DNA of 64,000 bases from Candidatus Gastranaerophilales bacterium (GTDB lineage Bacteria; Cyanobacteriota; Vampirovibrionia; Gastranaerophilales; Gastranaerophilaceae), in assembly GCA_944323365.1 (NCBI GenBank), contig CALUSG010000044.1, forward strand, positions 5,197-69,196, given 5' to 3'. Shown piece after piece: positions 1-9,504 of the stretch (within the stretch, counting starts at the first letter, position 1; the number at the start of each line of letters is the position of its first letter). Below the pieces are notes generated by a model, which worked only from the letters and a program-made list of their open reading frames with translations, ran no database searches and was not told the DNA's origin. The position numbers and the translations under genes were made by a program.

Positions 1-1
1 A

Positions 2-634
2 CCTTTTGGTTATCTTGACAAAAACGGGCAAAATATAGGATTTGATATAGATCTAGCCAAATTTATTGCAAAAAGACTTTTAGGTGACGAAAATAAAATT
101 TCATTTGTTTCAGTAAATTCAAGCAATAGAATTATGAAACTTACATCTAAAGAAGTTGATATTGTCATTGCAACGATGTCAATTACTCCAAGTAGACAGG
201 TCATAATGGATTTTTCAATACCATATCACACTGCAGGACAAGCCATTATGGTTAAAAAAGATAGTAAAATTTCCTCTCTTATGGAATTAGAAAATAAAAA
301 AGCTATTATAGTTTTTGGTTCGACTGTTGAAAAAAGTTTACGCTCAAATGTACCGAATATAACTATTATAGGATACAAAACATATACTGAAGCTTTTCAA
401 GCCTTGAAAGAAAATAAAGCAGACGCTTTAATTGCCGATGATACAATTTTATTAGGATTTGCATTGAATGATTCTTCTGTAAAAATTTTGCCTAAAAGAT
501 ATTCTAAAGAACCTTATGCCGTAGCATTTAGGAAAGGAGAAAGTTCTTTAATAGAAGAAGTAAACATGATTTTACAAGAAGCGATTAACCGTGGTGAAAT
601 ACGCCAGTTAAAAGAAAAATGGGGAATTAATTAG
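2..634 (+). CDS. amino-acid ABC transporter substrate-binding protein (5' end outside window)
   Basis: Frame is open from nt 2 (PFGYLDKNGQNIGFDIDLAKFIAK precedes the tracked Met at 134). DIVIATMSITPSR and PY..AGQAIMV patterns fit family-3 solute-binding proteins. Confidence 0.8.
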   Translation, partial: PFGYLDKNGQNIGFDIDLAKFIAKRLLGDENKISFVSVNSSNRIMKLTSKEVDIVIATMSITPSRQVIMDFSIPYHTAGQAIMVKKDSKISSLMELENKKAIIVFGSTVEKSLRSNVPNITIIGYKTYTEAFQALKENKADALIADDTILLGFALNDSSVKILPKRYSKEPYAVAFRKGESSLIEEVNMILQEAINRGEIRQLKEKWGIN

Positions 635-1253
635 CATCTTTCAAAAGCAAAATAGCACGTTCTAATTCAATTCTTAAATACTCAAGCTGCTGGTCAATAT
701 TATTTGGATCATATATATAACCTGCTCCGCTGTAAGCTAAGTATGGATTATATTTTTGAGCCTCCGCTCTCAAAATGGCTACGGATTTTGCATGCGAACT
801 CAACTGCATTAAACGTTTAAACGAAATATATTCCCCTTCAGGTTTTTCAATATATTTTGAACGCAAATAATCCGCATTTTTATTGAAATAATAAACTTTT
901 GCATTAAAAAGCTGAACATTTTCTTTATCCTCAATAGAATCATAAATTTTTTCAAGCATCGGAATAAATTCATTAATATCATTTATATATTGAGATGTCT
1001 TATCTTGTTTAAGAATAATATTGACAAAAGCCGGATTTTCTCTAGGAATTGGTTTTAACTGATCAGCAGAATGAAAGTCTTCCACTTGTTCTATAACAGG
1101 CTTTACTGATTTTGGTTCAGATGGCGAAAACTGACGGGATAAATCCGGTAATGTTCCAACATACCCCATTCCTTCAAAATTTGTTTTACTCTTTGCGTAA
1201 CAAATTTGTGTACATAATAATACTATAAAAAATATGATAGATATTTTTTTCAT
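627..1253 (-). CDS. hypothetical secreted protein
   Basis: Signal peptide MKKISIIFFIVLLCTQICYA; no recognisable domain. Confidence 0.55.
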   Translation of the reverse strand: MKKISIIFFIVLLCTQICYAKSKTNFEGMGYVGTLPDLSRQFSPSEPKSVKPVIEQVEDFHSADQLKPIPRENPAFVNIILKQDKTSQYINDINEFIPMLEKIYDSIEDKENVQLFNAKVYYFNKNADYLRSKYIEKPEGEYISFKRLMQLSSHAKSVAILRAEAQKYNPYLAYSGAGYIYDPNNIDQQLEYLRIELERAILLLKDAN

Positions 1254-1345
1254 ACTACTTTTATTATAACGATAACGGTTTAAAAATCATCGTTTAGATA
1301 TATTAAACATTGATTTGCAAACTTTATTGATTATAATAAATGTAA

Positions 1346-2251
1346 ATGAAAAAAGAAGAATTACTAGAATTATATAATTTAGATTTAAATAAACTTTTAG
1401 AAATATCGTCAAAATATATTTCGAACAATGTTGAATTTTGTTCAATAGTAAACGCAAGAAATGGAAAATGTTCACAAGATTGTAAATACTGTGCTCAAAG
1501 TTCTCATTATAGAACAAATATTGAAACATACCCGCTAATCGAAAAATCTGATGTGATAAAATCTGCTGAAGATGCTAAAAAACATCATGCAACAAGATTT
1601 GCAATTGTAACATCAGGTAAAACTCCGGCAGAAGAAGATTTTGAAAAAGTCTTGGAACTTATAAAAGCTGTAAATAAAATTGATAATTTAAAAAGTTGTG
1701 CATCTATAGGAATTTTAGACGACGCTATGGCCAAAAAACTTGCTGAAACAGGTCTAAAACGTTTTCACCACAATATAAATACATGTAAATCTTATTATCC
1801 GCAAATTTGTACCACACATAGCTGGGAGGATCGATTAAATACCTGCAAACTCGTTAAAAAATATGGAATGGAACTATGCTGTGGTGTTATTTTAGGTATG
1901 GGAGAAACTATTGAACAACGTATCGAAATGGCATTAGAACTTGCAGAAATTCAACCTGAATCTATTCCTATAAATATTTTAATGCCAATTGCAGATACTC
2001 CTTTTGAAAATTATGGTGATAAAATAGATGAGGAAAATATTTTAAGAACTCTAGCAATATTTAAAATAGCTAATCCTAAATCTATTTTAAGATTTTGTGG
2101 CGGCAGAATGCGATTGTCAGATGAAAATCAACAACTAGCATTAAAAACATGTGTAGAAGGTATATTAATCGGTAATTATTTAACTACTGTAGGAAAAAAT
2201 CCGCAAGATGATATTGAAACTGTTAAAAAATTAGATAAAAAACTTCTTTAA
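1346..2251 (+). CDS. bioB: biotin synthase (radical SAM)
   Basis: BioB-type cluster motif GKCSQDCKYCAQSS, later FHHNINT, about 300 aa. Confidence 0.75.
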   Translation: MKKEELLELYNLDLNKLLEISSKYISNNVEFCSIVNARNGKCSQDCKYCAQSSHYRTNIETYPLIEKSDVIKSAEDAKKHHATRFAIVTSGKTPAEEDFEKVLELIKAVNKIDNLKSCASIGILDDAMAKKLAETGLKRFHHNINTCKSYYPQICTTHSWEDRLNTCKLVKKYGMELCCGVILGMGETIEQRIEMALELAEIQPESIPINILMPIADTPFENYGDKIDEENILRTLAIFKIANPKSILRFCGGRMRLSDENQQLALKTCVEGILIGNYLTTVGKNPQDDIETVKKLDKKLL

Positions 2252-2940
2252 TAATTACAGATACAATCGCTGCTTTTATTCATTTGTAATTTTTTAAACT
2301 CATTCTTAATTCCGTTATAAGTCAAAAGCAACCCTTCAAGCGTATTTGGAAGGTTTAAAATTTGTTTTGTCACTTCGACAGCCTGAATTGATGCAATAAC
2401 AGATACCACAGGGCTTATTATCCCTTTTGGGACATTATCTTCTACATAATCAAAAAGACAACGAAGACAAGGCGTTCCCGGTTTTATTACTGTAGCCTGA
2501 CCATAGAATTCAGATACGCCTCCATGAATTAATATTTTTTTCTCTTTAACTGCTATATCATTAAGCAAAAATTTTGATTCATATGAATCAAAACAGTCGA
2601 CAATAATTTCATAATCTTTAATAATATCACTATAATTCGAAATGTTCAGCCTTGTTTCATAAGTTTTTGTGTTAATTTCAGGGTTAAAAGTATTAATCCA
2701 TTTTTGAGCGGACAAAACCTTTTTTTCTCCTATAGTATTATGTAAAAATTGTCTGTTAAAATTTGAAATTTCTACACTATCATCATCAACAAGCCCTATA
2801 TTACCTATACCTAAAGCTGCTAGATTAGCAATTACAAAAGACCCAAGCCCGCCACATCCGCAAACCAATACTTTTGCTGATAAAAGCTTATTTTGCCCAT
2901 CCTGGCCAATTAATGCTATATTACGGTTGTATCTTTCCAT
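2248..2940 (-). CDS. thiF: ThiF/MoeB/HesA-family E1-like adenylyltransferase
   Basis: GCGGLGS nucleotide loop and two CxxC pairs (PCLRC, DCIC). Start moved to Met14 (MERYNRNIAL) so it does not overlap thiS. Confidence 0.8.
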   Translation of the reverse strand: MERYNRNIALIGQDGQNKLLSAKVLVCGCGGLGSFVIANLAALGIGNIGLVDDDSVEISNFNRQFLHNTIGEKKVLSAQKWINTFNPEINTKTYETRLNISNYSDIIKDYEIIVDCFDSYESKFLLNDIAVKEKKILIHGGVSEFYGQATVIKPGTPCLRCLFDYVEDNVPKGIISPVVSVIASIQAVEVTKQILNLPNTLEGLLLTYNGIKNEFKKLQMNKSSDCICNY

Positions 2941-2977
2941 AATTTTTATTCTATAATAAAAATATAAGGAAATAATC

Positions 2978-3187
2978 ATGTCAAAAATTCAAGTTACAGT
3001 AAATGGAAATAAAATACAAATTGAAGAAAATTCTACAATTGCAGATTTTATTCAAGAAAGACAAGTTTCAGGAAAAATGTTTGCTATTGAAAAAAATTTA
3101 GAGATTATAAATAAAGACAAATACTCAGAAGAAATTATTAAAAACGGTGACATAATAGAAATCGTAGGTTTTTTCGGCGGAGGCTAA
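2978..3187 (+). CDS. thiS: ThiS-type sulfur-carrier protein
   Basis: 69-aa beta-grasp-size protein ending in FFGGG (C-terminal Gly-Gly). AAGGA SD. Divergent from the thiF-like gene. Confidence 0.75.
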   Translation: MSKIQVTVNGNKIQIEENSTIADFIQERQVSGKMFAIEKNLEIINKDKYSEEIIKNGDIIEIVGFFGGG

Positions 3188-4071
3188 TTTTTAATCAAAC
3201 ATTTTTGACAATCAGGCTCTGCATGCAAAACAACAATTGTATTTCCTAATTCTCTCTCAAGTTTCGCCTCAATTTCATCACAGATATCATGACATTGTAA
3301 TATTGTCATATCAGATGGAAAAATAAGTGTAATTTCAATATCTTTATATGCTCCAACTCTTCTTGATTTAATATTCTTATAATCTATAACACCTATTGTT
3401 TCTTTCACTATTTTTTCGATTAATTTAACTTCACTTTCAGGCAAAGAACCGTCTAACAAATTATTTAGTGCTGTTTTTGTTATAGAAAATCCTGTTTTTA
3501 AAATTAATAATGCTACAAAAACTGCAATTATAGCATCTAAAATAATCAATCCTGTTACTTTAATAAGCATTAAACCTACAAGCACACCAAACGAAGAGTA
3601 TATATCTGTTTTTAAATGCTCCGCATCAGCCAAAAGTGATATGGAATTAGATTTTTTTGCTATTTTTAAAAGATATGAGCTTACAAAAAAATTTGCCACA
3701 ACTGCAAATAACATTACATAAATACCTATTAAAGGCTCAAATTCAAAATTATGAGAAACAAATATTTTTTTGCCGGCTTCTATAAAAATATATATTGACG
3801 CAAATATTATCAATAATCCTTCAATAAATCCCGACATGTCTTCATATCTGCCATGACCAAACGGATGATTTTTATCTGCCGGCTCTGACGATCTTACTAC
3901 CGAGAAAAAAGTAATTACTGAAGCCAGCATATCACTTAAAGAATGTATCGCTTCAGAAATAATGCTTATACTTCCGGATAAATATCCCGCAACAAGTTTC
4001 AAAACTATTATTAACGCATTAGAACAAATTGATAATCCTGCTGCAAATTTTTTCTGCAAATTTAGTTCCAT
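3184..4071 (-). CDS. cation diffusion facilitator family transporter
   Basis: Six hydrophobic helices plus a cytoplasmic domain; HSLSDM and EHLKTD motifs typical of CzcD/FieF-type CDF proteins. Confidence 0.85.
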   Translation of the reverse strand: MELNLQKKFAAGLSICSNALIIVLKLVAGYLSGSISIISEAIHSLSDMLASVITFFSVVRSSEPADKNHPFGHGRYEDMSGFIEGLLIIFASIYIFIEAGKKIFVSHNFEFEPLIGIYVMLFAVVANFFVSSYLLKIAKKSNSISLLADAEHLKTDIYSSFGVLVGLMLIKVTGLIILDAIIAVFVALLILKTGFSITKTALNNLLDGSLPESEVKLIEKIVKETIGVIDYKNIKSRRVGAYKDIEITLIFPSDMTILQCHDICDEIEAKLERELGNTIVVLHAEPDCQKCLIKN

Positions 4072-4238
4072 AAATCAAATTATACATCTAAAGTTATTTT
4101 TATCAAATATCTAATCGGGAAACATAAATGTTAAAAATGCAAAAGCTGTTATCGAAATTTTTTAGAAAACCAAAATATTATTGCAAAAGACAAATTTATG
4201 AATTACAATATACTTGTAATATGAAAGGAGAGTTTATT

Positions 4239-5447
4239 ATGTGGGAAAAAGATTTAAATATCCATGACATCCGTGAAATAAGAACACGCACATCAGTATT
4301 TTTTGGTGTTGGTGCAATAAAAAAAATTGATGATATTGCTTGTGATTTAAAATCCAAAGGGATTGACAAAGTTATAGTAATGTCCGGAAAAAATGCTTAT
4401 AAAGCAACCGGAGCCTGGGATTACGTAGAAAAAGCTTTAAAAGATAATAACATAGGTTACGTAAATTATGATCAGGTTACTCCAAACCCGACAACCCATC
4501 ATGTTAATGAAGCAGCTAAAATGGCACACGATTTTGGAGCAAAAGCCGTAATAGCAATAGGCGGCGGTTCACCTACTGATGCCGGTAAATCTGTTGCTAT
4601 TTTGATGGAATATCCTGACAAAAATGCAAACGATATTTATGAATTTAAATTTACTCCGGAAAAAGCTGCTCCAATTGTATCCATCAATTTAACACACGGA
4701 ACAGGTACTGAAACCAATAGATTTGCAGTTGTAACAGTTCCTGAAAAAGACTTTAAACCGGCAATTGCATATGATTGTATTTATCCTATGTATGCAATTG
4801 ATGATCCGCAATTAATGACAAAATTATCACCAAAACAAACTAAATTTGTATCAATTGATGCTGTTAATCACGTTATAGAAGCTGCAACAAGCACAGTTGC
4901 CTCTCCATATACTGTCACTTTGGCTCGTGAAGTTATTGCGGATGTCGCAAAATATTTACCAAAAGCTAATGCAAATCCTGATGATTTAGAAGCAAGATAC
5001 TATCTCGCATATGCTGCTATGATGGGCGGTGTATGTTTTGATAACGGACTTTTACATTATACACATGCTCTTGAACACCCTTTAAGTGCTGTTAAACATG
5101 AATTAGCTCATGGACTGGGACTTGCAATGCTTTTACCTGCCGTAGTTAAAGTAATATACAAAGACAGACCAAATATTTTAGCAGATATTTTAAGTCCTAT
5201 TGTGCCAGGTTTAACCGGAAATCCTGAAGAAGCTGATAAAGCTGCTAAAGGCGTTCAATCTTGGCTACAATCTGTTGGAGTATCTGAAAAACTTATAGAT
5301 GAAGGCTTTAAAGAAGAAGATGTTCAACGACTTGTTGATTTGGTTTACACAACACCATCTTTAGGCGGCTTAATTGATATTGGGCCATCCGGAAACGGAC
5401 GTGAAGTTGTTGAAGAAATCTACAGAAATTCTTTAAGACCTCTATAA
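4239..5447 (+). CDS. iron-containing (group III) alcohol dehydrogenase
   Basis: GGGSPTDAGK and a His-rich metal site (HALEHPLSAVKHELAHG). Start placed at ATG 4239, 6 nt after GGAGAG, rather than at tracked 4128. Confidence 0.85.
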   Translation: MWEKDLNIHDIREIRTRTSVFFGVGAIKKIDDIACDLKSKGIDKVIVMSGKNAYKATGAWDYVEKALKDNNIGYVNYDQVTPNPTTHHVNEAAKMAHDFGAKAVIAIGGGSPTDAGKSVAILMEYPDKNANDIYEFKFTPEKAAPIVSINLTHGTGTETNRFAVVTVPEKDFKPAIAYDCIYPMYAIDDPQLMTKLSPKQTKFVSIDAVNHVIEAATSTVASPYTVTLAREVIADVAKYLPKANANPDDLEARYYLAYAAMMGGVCFDNGLLHYTHALEHPLSAVKHELAHGLGLAMLLPAVVKVIYKDRPNILADILSPIVPGLTGNPEEADKAAKGVQSWLQSVGVSEKLIDEGFKEEDVQRLVDLVYTTPSLGGLIDIGPSGNGREVVEEIYRNSLRPL

Positions 5448-5452
5448 AAAAT

Positions 5453-5482
5453 AAAAAGTCCTCAAATATGAGGACTTTTTTA
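5453..5482. terminator. bidirectional intrinsic terminator
   Basis: Stem AGTCCTCA (5457-5464) / TGAGGACT (5469-5476), loop AATA, with an A-run before and a T-run after. Lies between convergent genes. Confidence 0.8.
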
Positions 5483-6148
5483 TTTTTTCATTTTTCTTAG
5501 AAATTCTTTTTTATCATTAGAAATTCTAAACGACTCACAAACTTTTTGAATCGTTTTTTTGTAGACCCAATCTGATAAATCAGAACTTACAAAACATTGT
5601 AAAGTTTTATCCCAATATTTTACAAAACAAATAGAAAATGCCCAAGCAACAGCCATTCTAGCGTAATAGCCTTCGTGTTTTATTTTAATTAATATATCTA
5701 AAACTTTATCTATATAATCATCATTAATAAAATAATCCAACAGCATAACAACCCCAAAACGGACTTCAAACTCCTTCTCTGATATTAAATAAGGCTGTAT
5801 AAATTCCCACACTTGCTCTCTGCATTTTGTTGTAAATTTTAAATTTGAACAAACAACATCGCAAATACCCCAATTATTAATTTTAGGTATAAATTTTTTA
5901 ATAAGCTCCAGCCTCGTTGTGTCATCAATGTTTGCGTAACCTATTAAAAGTCCTTGTATCATAATCTCTTCATAATACAAATCATCTTTGTAATCTTGCC
6001 AAAATTCAGTTTTTGCAAACTTTTTAGCTATTTGTCTAATATAGGGAACTTTTACACCAAGGACATTATTTATTCCAGGTACAAGTGATGAATGAAATTT
6101 TTGATATTTTTCATCTTTTAATTCAATAAGTTTTTCTCTTATAGTCAT
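5480..6148 (-). CDS. DNA alkylation repair enzyme family protein (AlkC/AlkD-like HEAT repeats)
   Basis: FHSSLVPG...LGVKVPYIRQIAKKF and NNWGICDVVC pattern as remembered for this family. Confidence 0.65.
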   Translation of the reverse strand: MTIREKLIELKDEKYQKFHSSLVPGINNVLGVKVPYIRQIAKKFAKTEFWQDYKDDLYYEEIMIQGLLIGYANIDDTTRLELIKKFIPKINNWGICDVVCSNLKFTTKCREQVWEFIQPYLISEKEFEVRFGVVMLLDYFINDDYIDKVLDILIKIKHEGYYARMAVAWAFSICFVKYWDKTLQCFVSSDLSDWVYKKTIQKVCESFRISNDKKEFLRKMKK

Positions 6149-6690
6149 TTTAACAGCTCTCTAATATAATTTTTTACAGCAGGAGTAATAATTAAATCCG
6201 GTTCTGACATAATAAAATTATCAAGTATTATAATCGCTCTTTTTTTATCACCTTTTTCAGCATACAAAACGCCCAGCATAACTTGATTTAACGGATTTGT
6301 TTTATTTGAATATTCCTGAATTTTATTATCTAATGTACCAAGTTGTTTATAAGTTTTTGCTAGATTTTTGTAGTATTTAAAATTAAGACTAAATTGCTTT
6401 ATTGCACGTTCAAAACAATCAAGAGCGTATTCAGGATAACCTATCGTCAAATATACCTCACCTAGATTATTATAATAAACCGCTGTAGCCTGTGTGTTAG
6501 GATTTAAACTAATTGCTATCTTAAATTCCTGAATCGCAGCATAATAACATTTTTCGTTAACATAAATTAAACCCATATTATTATGGGTATATGCATTTTT
6601 TTGTGCATCAATTTCATACACATCCGGTTTTTTATAAGCCGATGTAAAAAATGAAATAAATATAAATGTTAATATAAAAAATTTCTTCAT
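6145..6690 (-). CDS. TPR-repeat secreted protein
   Basis: Signal peptide; repeated A..Y..LG..Y......A...F..A TPR pattern. 4-nt overlaps with both neighbours. Confidence 0.7.
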   Translation of the reverse strand: MKKFFILTFIFISFFTSAYKKPDVYEIDAQKNAYTHNNMGLIYVNEKCYYAAIQEFKIAISLNPNTQATAVYYNNLGEVYLTIGYPEYALDCFERAIKQFSLNFKYYKNLAKTYKQLGTLDNKIQEYSNKTNPLNQVMLGVLYAEKGDKKRAIIILDNFIMSEPDLIITPAVKNYIRELLK

Positions 6691-7601
6691 ATACTTAATT
6701 CTAAACCTTCATAAGCCATAATGACTTTATCAGGGAACAAATTAGAATAATGTTCTTTTATTCTATCTAATTTTTCATCATCGTATCCGGGGTCAAAATG
6801 GAAAAACACAAGTTTACCGGCATTAGTTTGTTTTTGAATATCAATTGCCATATCAAATGTTGAATGTCCATAACCCTGTTTCGGTGAAAACTGATTAAGA
6901 TAGTCTTCCGTTGTATATTGAGCATCATGTATTAATAAATCGCAGTTACGGGCAAAATTAATTAACTTTTTATCTCCGCCGAGATACGTTTCTTTATCCG
7001 TAGCATAAACAATAGATTTATCTTTATAAGAAATTTTGTAAATAACAACACCATCTTGCGGATGAGCGTAAGATTTATAACAAGTTATTACAACATCATC
7101 ATTATTATAGTCAGAAACATTGATTTGCGGCTCACAACCGTCACGTAAAATAACTCTATCAAAGTCATGTAATTTTTTAATAATCAAATTCCCGGCAATA
7201 TCCCCTAAATCAAGAGGAAAAGACTTTCCAAACAACATATCTGAAAGCTCTTCCGCTAAATTTTCATTATCAGAAACATTCCCAAAAACATTTATTTTTG
7301 TTGATTGTAAATGCAATGGCTTAAAAAATGTAAAGCCTTGAATATGGTCTTGATGTATATGTGATAAAAAAACAGATGCTTTTACAGGGATTCTTTCTTC
7401 AGGAATAATGCTTGAAGTAATGTGCCGTTCCATAAGTTCATTACCAATATCAATCATGCCGGTACCTGCATCAAGAATAATTAAATGGCCACCGACATTA
7501 ACTTCGATACAGGAAGTATTTCCCCCATAACGTAAAAAATCTTTATTTGCAATCGGATAACTTCCTCGCACTCCTCTAAATTTTACACTGAATTCACTCA
7601 T
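6687..7601 (-). CDS. MBL-fold metallo-hydrolase
   Basis: HxHxDH motif (SHIHQDHIQG); downstream His/Asp ligands. Confidence 0.8.
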   Translation of the reverse strand: MSEFSVKFRGVRGSYPIANKDFLRYGGNTSCIEVNVGGHLIILDAGTGMIDIGNELMERHITSSIIPEERIPVKASVFLSHIHQDHIQGFTFFKPLHLQSTKINVFGNVSDNENLAEELSDMLFGKSFPLDLGDIAGNLIIKKLHDFDRVILRDGCEPQINVSDYNNDDVVITCYKSYAHPQDGVVIYKISYKDKSIVYATDKETYLGGDKKLINFARNCDLLIHDAQYTTEDYLNQFSPKQGYGHSTFDMAIDIQKQTNAGKLVFFHFDPGYDDEKLDRIKEHYSNLFPDKVIMAYEGLELSI

Positions 7602-7608
7602 AAGTCCT

Positions 7609-8592
7609 CTACCTTTTTATTGTATAAACAGCATTCTGATCTTTTTCTTCACCACTATATAATGATGATGCAAAAACCATAAGTTTTGCTAATTTTTGTA
7701 CATTTTTCATATTTGTTTCTTTTAATTGTATATCAAAAATCACTTTATTACGTTTTTTAGTTACAGTAATTAATCTAAAAGCATTCGGATAAGAAACTAA
7801 AGAAGGTGTACTAACATATAGAACATTACCATTTTGAATAATCTTAGCCGCATGGTAATGGCCTGTAAAAACAGCTATAGGGTTTTTATATTTTTCAATA
7901 ATAGAACGAACTTCTGCAGCATTTCGCATTCTATGTCCGGGACTGCTGTACGGTTCAATTATAGGCACATGCATAAATATTAAAACTACATCTTTTTTGG
8001 AATTTTTTAATTCTTCATCAAGCCATTCAAGCTGTTTAGGATAAATATATCCCTGAGCCGTAATATACCCCTGAGCTGTAATTTCATTATCAATAATACT
8101 ATCTAGGACTATTACTTTATAACCTTCTTTTGGTGTAAAAGAATAATAAGGCGTTTTGAACTTAAAATCAGGATTATTCTCCCTTAGAATAGAAAAATAC
8201 ATTTGTTTTGTTAAATAACCACCAACGCATACATCATGATTTCCAAAAGAAAAATACCATGGAACATTTAATTTATTTACATAAGGTAAAACAGCATGCA
8301 GCTCTTTTTCAAAAGGCTTGTCGATTAAATCTCCGGTAAACATAACAAAATCAACATTAGGCATGGAATTTACCTGATTTATCGCATCCTGTAAAAGTGC
8401 CGGTGACTCTGCAATCATTTTAAAAGTGGTATTTGGTGCATTATTAAGGAAATGATTATCACTAATTTGCACAAATTTTAGTCCTGCAGAAGATGTATAA
8501 CCCTGAACACAAAACAACATTACACATACTAAAACCAGCGTAACTATTCCATTAAAAACTTTTGTAATAAATTTTTCTTTTTTATGTCTCAT
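7609..8592 (-). CDS. membrane-anchored or secreted metallophosphoesterase
   Basis: Calcineurin-like motifs DNH, GDLID, GNHD, GH.H; N-terminal hydrophobic anchor. Confidence 0.8.
   Translation of the reverse strand: MRHKKEKFITKVFNGIVTLVLVCVMLFCVQGYTSSAGLKFVQISDNHFLNNAPNTTFKMIAESPALLQDAINQVNSMPNVDFVMFTGDLIDKPFEKELHAVLPYVNKLNVPWYFSFGNHDVCVGGYLTKQMYFSILRENNPDFKFKTPYYSFTPKEGYKVIVLDSIIDNEITAQGYITAQGYIYPKQLEWLDEELKNSKKDVVLIFMHVPIIEPYSSPGHRMRNAAEVRSIIEKYKNPIAVFTGHYHAAKIIQNGNVLYVSTPSLVSYPNAFRLITVTKKRNKVIFDIQLKETNMKNVQKLAKLMVFASSLYSGEEKDQNAVYTIKR
8045..8080 (-). repeat. 18-bp in-frame tandem duplication inside the metallophosphoesterase gene
   Basis: atatatccctgagccgta / atatacccctgagctgta match at 16 of 18 positions and encode YITAQG-YITAQG. 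Confidence 0.9.
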
Positions 8593-9474
8593 TTAAATTT
8601 TCGCTTTTATCTCATTATACTTTGCACTAAGATTTTTGTCGTCCTCAAAAAGAAGGAGCATGGCTTTATCTAAATTTATAATCGCATCAGTATTATTCCC
8701 GAGTTCAGCCTGACAAAGCCCAATAAGCTTATAAACTTCAGAAGTTTGAACTTCTTCAACAAGTTTCTCAAGTTTTTCAAGAGCTTGTGAATATCTCTTC
8801 ATATTATACAGTATTTTTGCTTCTAACAGCCTGTAGTCCAGCGAATTTTCCAACGCAATAGCCGTAATTATATCGCTCAAAGCCGAATTTTCATCGCCTA
8901 ATCCAGCTTCACAACGGGCTCTTAAAGCATATGCAAAATCGTCCTGCTGATTTATCTTTAAATATTGATTTAAATATGTCATAGCTTGACTATAATTTTT
9001 ACTTTCAAAATAACACAAAGCTATTTGCAGATAACATTGCACTAAATCAGGTTTTGCATTAACCGATTTAATAAAATAGTCCACAGCCTGAGTATAATTC
9101 CCATTATTTCTATAATAATTTCCTAAAAAATAATATGACCAATAATCTTTTCCTGAAGTGAGGGTAACAAGTTCTTCCTGCTTATCGCCATTTTTTTTCA
9201 TTTCAATTGATTGTTTAACATTATTACTTTTTGACAAAATAAAAGACTTATTTCTACCTTGTAAAATTTGTTCTAAACCATTCTTCAAATCTCTAACATT
9301 AGAATTTTGAGGTTCTGTAACCAAAATTTTGTTAAGAAAATTAACGGCTTCTCTATAATTCCCTTGTATAACATAATTTGATGCCATATCAAAATAATCT
9401 TCCGTTAACTCGCTGGCACTAACAGAAAAAGTCATGAAGAATAAAAAAAATCCTGTTATAAAAAAGTTTTTCAT
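8593..9474 (-). CDS. TPR-repeat secreted protein
   Basis: Signal peptide and multiple TPR units. Its stop abuts the start of the next gene with no gap. Confidence 0.75.
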   Translation of the reverse strand: MKNFFITGFFLFFMTFSVSASELTEDYFDMASNYVIQGNYREAVNFLNKILVTEPQNSNVRDLKNGLEQILQGRNKSFILSKSNNVKQSIEMKKNGDKQEELVTLTSGKDYWSYYFLGNYYRNNGNYTQAVDYFIKSVNAKPDLVQCYLQIALCYFESKNYSQAMTYLNQYLKINQQDDFAYALRARCEAGLGDENSALSDIITAIALENSLDYRLLEAKILYNMKRYSQALEKLEKLVEEVQTSEVYKLIGLCQAELGNNTDAIINLDKAMLLLFEDDKNLSAKYNEIKAKI

Positions 9475-9504
9475 AACAGGATTATATCATAAATTCCAAC
9501 ACTT

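Noticed and set aside
4128-4238. Longer tracked N-termini for several genes: ADH 4128, thiF 2979, HD 19286, cupin 26041, gloA 43192, tdk 41365, recJ 49565, 62844-63512.
   Set aside because: Internal starts have a proper SD or promoter geometry and give N-termini matching the family. The extensions would overlap neighbouring genes or promoters. pgk is the exception and is kept as a finding because the extension has its own SD.
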